Assembly: GCA_046758965.1 (NCBI GenBank) | Contig: JBHIBG010000050.1 | Location: 1-18,439 of the forward strand | Source: Candidatus Methylomirabilia bacterium | GTDB lineage: Bacteria; Methylomirabilota; Methylomirabilia; Rokubacteriales; CSP1-6 | Reading direction: 5' to 3' | DNA length: 18,439 nucleotides | Shown here: piece by piece, positions 13,110 to 18,439 of the stretch | Position numbering within the stretch: position 1 is the first letter of the stretch | Layout: each line of letters starts with the position of its first letter | Translations under genes and position numbers: made by a program | Notes under the pieces: generated by a model | The model's database searches: none | Told to the model about the DNA's origin: nothing | What the model saw: the letters and a program-made list of their open reading frames with translations, nothing else

Positions 13110-14081
13110 ATGAAACCAGACGAGCTGGATCGGATCCGCGCGGCGATCGACGAGATCGAGAAGGTCATCGTCGGGCAGCGGAGCATCATCGAAAAGGTGT
13201 TCATCGCGCTCCTGTCGGACGGGCACGTGTTGCTCGAGGGCGCCCCGGGCTTGGCCAAGACGCTTCTTGTCTCCGCGTTGGGCCAAGCCATCGGAGGGCT
13301 ATTCCAGAGGATCCAGATGGTCCCGGACATGATGCCGAGCGATATTGTCGGAACCTACCTCTACGTCGACGGCCACTTTGAGATCGAGAAGGGACCGATC
13401 ATCGGCCCACACCTCGTCCTGGTGGACGAGATCAACCGCGCGCCCGCCAAGACCCAGGCCGCCTTGCTCCAGGCGATGCAGGAGCGGCAGGTGACCGTCA
13501 TGGGGAAGGAGACATTCGCGCTCGAGGACCCGTTCATGGTCCTGGCGACCCAAAACCCTCTCGAACAGGAAGGAACGTATCCGCTTCCCGAGGCCCAGCT
13601 CGATCGGTTCCTCTTCAAGCTCCTCGTGTCATACCCCACGAAGGAAGCGGAGTTTCGAATTCTCGAGAATGCCTATCTGGACCAGCGGGACCACCTGGAG
13701 GGGATCCGCAGCGTCCTCACGCCGGATGATCTGGTCTCTCTCAGGGAAGAAATCAAGGAATCGGTGAAGGTGGAGAGGCCGGCCCAACTCTACATCGTGG
13801 ACCTCGCCTGCGCTACCCGAGATCTCGCCGGCTGCCGGCTCAAGGAGTTGGAGGGGAAGATCAGGATTGGGGCATCGCCCCGTGCCACGCTCGCCTTGCG
13901 CGACGCCGCCAGGGTTCAGGCCTTCTTCAACGGCCGATACTCGGTCCATCCGGAGGACATCCAAGAGGTCGCCATGGACGTGCTCCGGCATCGGATCATC
14001 CTGGACTACGGGGCGGAGGCAGAGGGCGTCACGACGGATGAGGTGATCCGGGAGATCCTCGCACAGGTTCGAGTGCCATGA
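13110..14081 (+). CDS. moxR: MoxR family AAA+ ATPase (MxaR-like)
   Basis: GHVLLEGAPGLAKT (Walker A), LVDEINRAPAKTQAALLQAMQE (Walker B), ATQNPLEQEGTYPLPEAQLDRF, GASPRA, VLRHRI. Confidence 0.96.
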   Translation: MKPDELDRIRAAIDEIEKVIVGQRSIIEKVFIALLSDGHVLLEGAPGLAKTLLVSALGQAIGGLFQRIQMVPDMMPSDIVGTYLYVDGHFEIEKGPIIGPHLVLVDEINRAPAKTQAALLQAMQERQVTVMGKETFALEDPFMVLATQNPLEQEGTYPLPEAQLDRFLFKLLVSYPTKEAEFRILENAYLDQRDHLEGIRSVLTPDDLVSLREEIKESVKVERPAQLYIVDLACATRDLAGCRLKELEGKIRIGASPRATLALRDAARVQAFFNGRYSVHPEDIQEVAMDVLRHRIILDYGAEAEGVTTDEVIREILAQVRVP

Positions 14082-14965
14082 ACGACCTCCTGCGAAGGCT
14101 CGCCCACGTGGATTTCTATATTCGATGGTACGTCTCCCAGGTCGGCGCGGGTCGACGGCCGAGCTGGTTTCGAGGGGCCGGCCTCGAGTTCGAGAAGATC
14201 ACCCGCTACGACCTCGGGGGCGATCCGCGGTGGATCAACTGGACCGCCACCGCCCGGACCGGCGGCATCAGGATCCTCAAGAACACACTGATCGAAGAGC
14301 GACAGCTCCAAATCTTCCTGGCCGTCGACCTGAGCGGCTCCATGGATTTCGGAACGAGGCGGGCCTCGAAACGAAGGGTGGCGGCGGAGATCGCCGCGGT
14401 CGTGGCCCACGTCGCCTGGCGCACCGGCGACCCGGTGGGCTTCGTTGGCTATAGCTCAAGGGTGGAGCGCTACTGGCCGCCGCGCTCCTCGTCGCACTAT
14501 CGGTACCTGATCCCGGCAACCATTTTGGACGGTGAGGCAAGCTCGACTGGAGGGGCCGATTTCTCTACGGTGCTTGGTCGCCTGCCCAGAAAGCGGTCGC
14601 TTCTCTTCGCGCTATCCGATTTCCAGCAGGACCTGGCCGTGCTGGCGCCGACAGTGAGGACGGCGGCCCGCCACCACGACCTCGTTCCGGTGGTCATCGA
14701 AGACCCGCGAGAGCGGTCGCTCCCCGAAGGGATCGGGTTCATCCACATGCGAGACCTCGAGACGGGAGCGCATCGGAGCATCTGGCTGACCCGAAAGGTT
14801 CGCGAGGCCTGGCTGGAGAAGCTGAGGAGACGCGATGAGGAGCTGACCGCGCTCTTCAGAGGGGCTGGGGTCGATGCCCTGCGAGTGAACCCCACTATCG
14901 ATCCTCTGACGGAGATCGCCAGGCTTTTCCTGCATCGGAGGGCGGGTCGATGCGGAAGTGGGTGA
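14078..14965 (+). CDS. DUF58 domain protein (MxaS-like)
   Basis: GAGLEFEKITRYDLGGDPRWINWTATAR, AVDLSGSMDFG, LSDF, DPRE, RDLETG; ATGA overlap with moxR. Confidence 0.92.
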   Translation: MNDLLRRLAHVDFYIRWYVSQVGAGRRPSWFRGAGLEFEKITRYDLGGDPRWINWTATARTGGIRILKNTLIEERQLQIFLAVDLSGSMDFGTRRASKRRVAAEIAAVVAHVAWRTGDPVGFVGYSSRVERYWPPRSSSHYRYLIPATILDGEASSTGGADFSTVLGRLPRKRSLLFALSDFQQDLAVLAPTVRTAARHHDLVPVVIEDPRERSLPEGIGFIHMRDLETGAHRSIWLTRKVREAWLEKLRRRDEELTALFRGAGVDALRVNPTIDPLTEIARLFLHRRAGRCGSG

Positions 14966-15936
14966 TCCTGGCCTTCGTGTTCTCCCTCCCTGCCTGGCCG
15001 AGCTCTCTCCTGGCCGAAACTCCGCGAGAGAAGCCTTCGATCTCCGCTCGGTTCGAGACCCCCAGGGACTTTGGTTACCATATCGGCGATCTGCTCCCCC
15101 TCATCTTGGTGATCGAGGCGGAGACCGGCGTGGTGATCGATCTGGAGAGCCTGCCCCATCGCGGGGAGGCGGTTGGGCCCTTCGAAGTCCGGAGCGTTCA
15201 GACCCGCCACACCAGGACCGACTCAGGCTCGACCTATCGCATCGAATTCGCCCTCCAGACGTTTGTCCCGGCCACGGAAGCCGTGGGCGTGGTCTTTCCC
15301 CCTCTCGAGCTTCGCTTCGCGCTGCCGGAGGACCGATCGGTAGACGGCGGGTATGTCTTCCGCACAGTCACCCTTCTGCCTCGCGTCTTCTTCCTCTCTC
15401 CGACCGCTGTCGGTCCGAGAGTGCTGCGGCCTCTCAAGGCATCCATGGTCGCGCAAACAGGATGGCTCTTCTGGGGCTCTGTGAGCCTGGGCGCCGCCTT
15501 CCTTGCAGTAGGGGTCGTGATGGTGGCTTGGGATCTCGCTCGGTGGTGGAATCAACGCGCCAGGGAGGAGCGGTCGCAGGCTGCCGAACGGGCCATCCGG
15601 ACGCTCAAAGTGCTTCGGGAGCGGTACCTGGCCTGTGAAGAGCAGACGCCTCACCTTTTCCTCAAAGTCAGCGGCGTACTCCGCCGGTTCCTAACGGAGG
15701 AGTGTGGCATCCCGGCGCGCGTTCAGACGATCCAGCAGATCACAGCCCGTTTCGGAGGACACCCGCTCGAGAAGGATCTCGAAGAGGTCTTGGAGCGATG
15801 CAACAAGATCATCTACGACGGACATGACCCGACTCCATCGGAGAGGGGCGAGATCATCCGAGAAGTAACCGCTCTCATCGGCCGGCTGGAGGAGGCCGGG
15901 TGCCCCACTCATGGGGGGAATGGTGAGACTCGCTGA
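14950..15936 (+). CDS. MxaA-like membrane-anchored protein
   Basis: Signal peptide; TPRDFGYHIGD motif (recalled as similar to the MxaA N-terminal PRxFGYxIGD); beta-rich extracytoplasmic part; TM WLFWGSVSLGAAFLAVGVVMVAW; third gene of a MoxR operon. Confidence 0.7.
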   Translation: MRKWVILAFVFSLPAWPSSLLAETPREKPSISARFETPRDFGYHIGDLLPLILVIEAETGVVIDLESLPHRGEAVGPFEVRSVQTRHTRTDSGSTYRIEFALQTFVPATEAVGVVFPPLELRFALPEDRSVDGGYVFRTVTLLPRVFFLSPTAVGPRVLRPLKASMVAQTGWLFWGSVSLGAAFLAVGVVMVAWDLARWWNQRAREERSQAAERAIRTLKVLRERYLACEEQTPHLFLKVSGVLRRFLTEECGIPARVQTIQQITARFGGHPLEKDLEEVLERCNKIIYDGHDPTPSERGEIIREVTALIGRLEEAGCPTHGGNGETR

Positions 15937-16819
15937 CCCTCTTCTCCTTCTTCTCGGGATCCTCTTCCTTCCCGTCCTCCTGGCGAGGGCGAGGCCGCAC
16001 CTGGGGTATTCAAGCCTCGGTCTCTTCGGCGACGCCCCCCGCGCCTGGGTGTGGCCGCGGCTGACCGGTTGGGCCATGGCGCTCGGGATCTGCCTTCTGC
16101 TGCTGGCCCTCGCGCGTCCCCAGTGGGGCCACGTCGTCGAAACGGAACGGCTCCAGGCACGGGACATCATCCTGGCAATCGATCTCTCGGGCAGCATGCG
16201 GGCCGACCTCGAGGCGGGGGGAGGCACGAAGATCGACCTCGCCAAGGAGGCCGCGATCCGCTTTCTCGAACGACGGCAGGGAGATCGCGTTGGCCTCCTG
16301 GTCTTCGGTCACGAGACGTACGGGAGCTGGCCGTTGAGCAGTGACCTGGAGGTCATTCGGGAGAAGATCCGCGCGCTACGCCCGGACCTGGGCGGGACCG
16401 ATCTCGCCACCCCCTTAGACAAGGCGCTGGCGCACCTTCAGGAAATCGGCCAGTCCAAAACCAAGGCGATCATCCTCGTGACGGACGGAGAAGCCTCGTT
16501 TCCTGCCCATCGCCGGCAAGCGATCCAGACGAAACTAGCCGCCATGGGTGTCCATCTCTATCTCCTGGGGATCGAGCTCAGGGACTCCGCCGACATCGTC
16601 CGTCTCGTGAGCCCAAGCGGGGGGCGGGTCTGGCATCTCAACAAGGCTCCAGAGTTTTGGGGCCGGTTCCAGGAGATCGACCGGCTGGAGCCGTCTGTCC
16701 TGGTGGTCGAAAAGGGGCTCACCCATCGCGACCTCTCTTCGTGGTTTGCCGTTGGGGGGTTGGCATTCTTGGCGCTGGCGATCATTGGTGGGGCGACTCT
16801 CGCTCCGCGAATTCCCTAA
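15920..16819 (+). CDS. Membrane VWA protein (MxaC/BatA-like)
   Basis: N-terminal TM ending LALARPQW; MIDAS DLSGS, GGTD, LVTDG; GDRVGLLVF; C-terminal TM. The start could be 15911, 15920 or 15923. Confidence 0.9.
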   Translation: MVRLADPLLLLLGILFLPVLLARARPHLGYSSLGLFGDAPRAWVWPRLTGWAMALGICLLLLALARPQWGHVVETERLQARDIILAIDLSGSMRADLEAGGGTKIDLAKEAAIRFLERRQGDRVGLLVFGHETYGSWPLSSDLEVIREKIRALRPDLGGTDLATPLDKALAHLQEIGQSKTKAIILVTDGEASFPAHRRQAIQTKLAAMGVHLYLLGIELRDSADIVRLVSPSGGRVWHLNKAPEFWGRFQEIDRLEPSVLVVEKGLTHRDLSSWFAVGGLAFLALAIIGGATLAPRIP

Positions 16820-16837
16820 GCGCTGGAAAGGGGAGAC

Positions 16838-17392
16838 ATGAACTGGTATCGGACCGCCATCACCTTCTGGCTCCTGGCAGTCGGAACGGCCTTACTCGTT
16901 CTCGGTTGGTATCACAAGCTCGGATATGTGGATCTGGTAGCCGCGGCCGCGAGGGCGACCGAGGAAGGACGGTTCGATAATCGGGATTTGGACCGCGCGG
17001 AGCAGAACCTGTTCGCCTCCAGGGACCTCCTCGCCTACAACCAAGGGGTGAGAGCGTCCGCCGCCGGGCGGCTTGAGCTGGCAGCCCGTCACTTTCAGGA
17101 GGTGATTGGCCGAAGCCGATCGCCGACCCTCGGGGCGAAGGCCTACTACAACCTCGGCAACCTCCTCGCCCTGGAAGGGAATCCGAGAGAGGCGGTGGAG
17201 ATGTACCGAGCCGCGCTGCGCCTGGACCCCTCGGACTGGGACGCCAAATCGAATCTCGAGACGCTGTACGCCCAATTTGGCGTCTCGGAGGGAGAGGGAA
17301 CCAATGCCGCTCTGAAACAGGCTCGAGACCTGGTGGAGTTCGGAGACGAGAATGATCAGGGCGGTCCGGGGACCGACACGCCCGGCATCTAG
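16838..17392 (+). CDS. TPR protein with N-terminal TM (MxaK/BatC-like)
   Basis: LAYNQG, AYYNLGNLLA...AVEMYRAALRLDPSDWDAKSNLE; GGGGAG RBS. Confidence 0.88.
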   Translation: MNWYRTAITFWLLAVGTALLVLGWYHKLGYVDLVAAAARATEEGRFDNRDLDRAEQNLFASRDLLAYNQGVRASAAGRLELAARHFQEVIGRSRSPTLGAKAYYNLGNLLALEGNPREAVEMYRAALRLDPSDWDAKSNLETLYAQFGVSEGEGTNAALKQARDLVEFGDENDQGGPGTDTPGI

Positions 17393-17413
17393 GCAGCCGC
17401 GCACTGACCGTCG

Positions 17414-18439
17414 ATGATCGAGGAACTCGCCTTCACGAACGCCTGGGCGGTGTGGCTGATTTTCCCGCTCGTGCTTCTCCTGGGGCTGATTCTCGTTGAG
17501 GCGAGGAGGCGGCAGGCGTTTCTCAAAGCCTTCGGCGATCTCCCCCTCGTGAGCCGGTTCTCGACTCTCGGGCCCGAATGGAGCCGACGGCTGCAGCCTC
17601 TCTTCCTCTCTCTCGCGCTCGTCGCGGTTGCCATGGCTCTTGCCAGGCCGGTGTTGGCCACTAGATCGGGGGAAGACCGCCGAAGGCCACTGGACATTGT
17701 GGTGCTCCTCGACGTGTCTCGGAGCATGGGGGCAGAGGACTACGCGCCGAAGATCTCCCGGCTCGGCAAAGCTAAGGCAATGATCCTCGACGCGCTTCCC
17801 GATCTCGTTGGAACGAGGGTGGGCATCGTCACCTTCGCGCGCGCGGCGTTCCGGCAGGCGCCCCTTACAGCCGACCATGCGGCCTTGAAATACGTCCTTG
17901 CCAACTGGGTCTTCATCGAATCGGCTCCCCCCGGAGGATCCGACATCGCGCAAGGGATCAGGACCGCTGTTCGACTCTTCAGGGGTCGACAGGGGGAACG
18001 GGCGCTCCTCCTCTTCTCGGACGGCGGTCAGGCCAAATCAGAGGCTCTTCGCTCGGCCCTCGCCGAGGCCCGGTTGAACCGGGTCGCGATCTTCACTTTC
18101 GGCCTGGGGGGACCGGTGCCGTCCAAGCTCCCTGAATACGACGACAACGGCAGGTTTTCAGGGTGGCTGATCTTGAACGGGGCGATCGTCACCACGAGGC
18201 TCGATGAGGGCATCATGAAAGAGATTGCGGTCGGGACGGACGGCGGGTATTCGCGAGTCATTTCCGGGCGAGAACTGAGTCAGACGTTAACTCGGCTGCA
18301 GATTTCGCACAGGCAGTCCCAGGCCGAGTCCAGGGAGCTCTTCCAGTGGCCGCTCGCCGCAGCCCTCGTCCTCCTCTTCCTCGAGAGGCTCAGCCTTGGC
18401 CTGATAGGGTGGAGACCTCTCACTGCTCTCCGACGCAAG
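17414..18439 (+). CDS. Membrane VWA protein (MxaL/BatB-like); stop lies beyond the window
   Basis: Not in the ORF track. Manual translation MIEELAFTNAWAVWLIFPLVLL...ALARP...DIVVLLDVSRSMGAED...RVGIVTFA...PLTAD...GGSDI...LFSDG...TRLDE...ELFQWPLAAALVLLFLE; 342 open codons to the window end. Confidence 0.9.
   Translation, partial: MIEELAFTNAWAVWLIFPLVLLLGLILVEARRRQAFLKAFGDLPLVSRFSTLGPEWSRRLQPLFLSLALVAVAMALARPVLATRSGEDRRRPLDIVVLLDVSRSMGAEDYAPKISRLGKAKAMILDALPDLVGTRVGIVTFARAAFRQAPLTADHAALKYVLANWVFIESAPPGGSDIAQGIRTAVRLFRGRQGERALLLFSDGGQAKSEALRSALAEARLNRVAIFTFGLGGPVPSKLPEYDDNGRFSGWLILNGAIVTTRLDEGIMKEIAVGTDGGYSRVISGRELSQTLTRLQISHRQSQAESRELFQWPLAAALVLLFLERLSLGLIGWRPLTALRRK

Noticed and set aside
12718..13113. 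131-aa plus-strand ORF ending in an ATGA overlap with moxR and containing PSRAGI twice with only synonymous differences
   Set aside because: TTG start without an RBS, no recognisable protein features, and it runs through several palindromes, one of which overlaps the first PSRAGI. More likely regulatory DNA, though not excluded.
12945..18261. Minus-strand ORFs over the MoxR operon (e.g. 14497-15210, 16892-17953)
   Set aside because: Antisense shadows of the plus-strand genes.

Overview
GC-rich window from a diderm bacterium with two divergent gene blocks. Minus strand (12560 to 1): mlaA-like gene; a sigma54-type promoter with two palindromic upstream sites; a 38-aa membrane peptide missing from the ORF track; a Cys-rich small protein coupled to a SigR/SigH-like ECF sigma factor; a SigR-type promoter; a lipoprotein; and a YezD/DUF2292-like small protein followed by mutually exclusive antiterminator-like and terminator hairpins. 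Downstream is a cell-envelope block: FG-GAP repeat protein, outer-membrane beta-barrel, two glycine-zipper lipoproteins, secreted VWA protein, ExbB/TolQ, ExbD/TolR and a TonB-like protein cut by the window edge. Plus strand (13110 to end): MoxR ATPase, DUF58, MxaA-like, VWA, TPR, VWA, the gene order of the mxaRSACKL metal-insertion cluster, with no PQQ dehydrogenase visible. No rRNA, tRNA, CRISPR or mobile element was seen. The most interesting signals are the layered regulation (sigma54, ECF with Cys-rich partners, DUF2292-associated attenuator) and the adhesin-like envelope operon it appears to gate. All calls come from manual motif reading, with no database searches.
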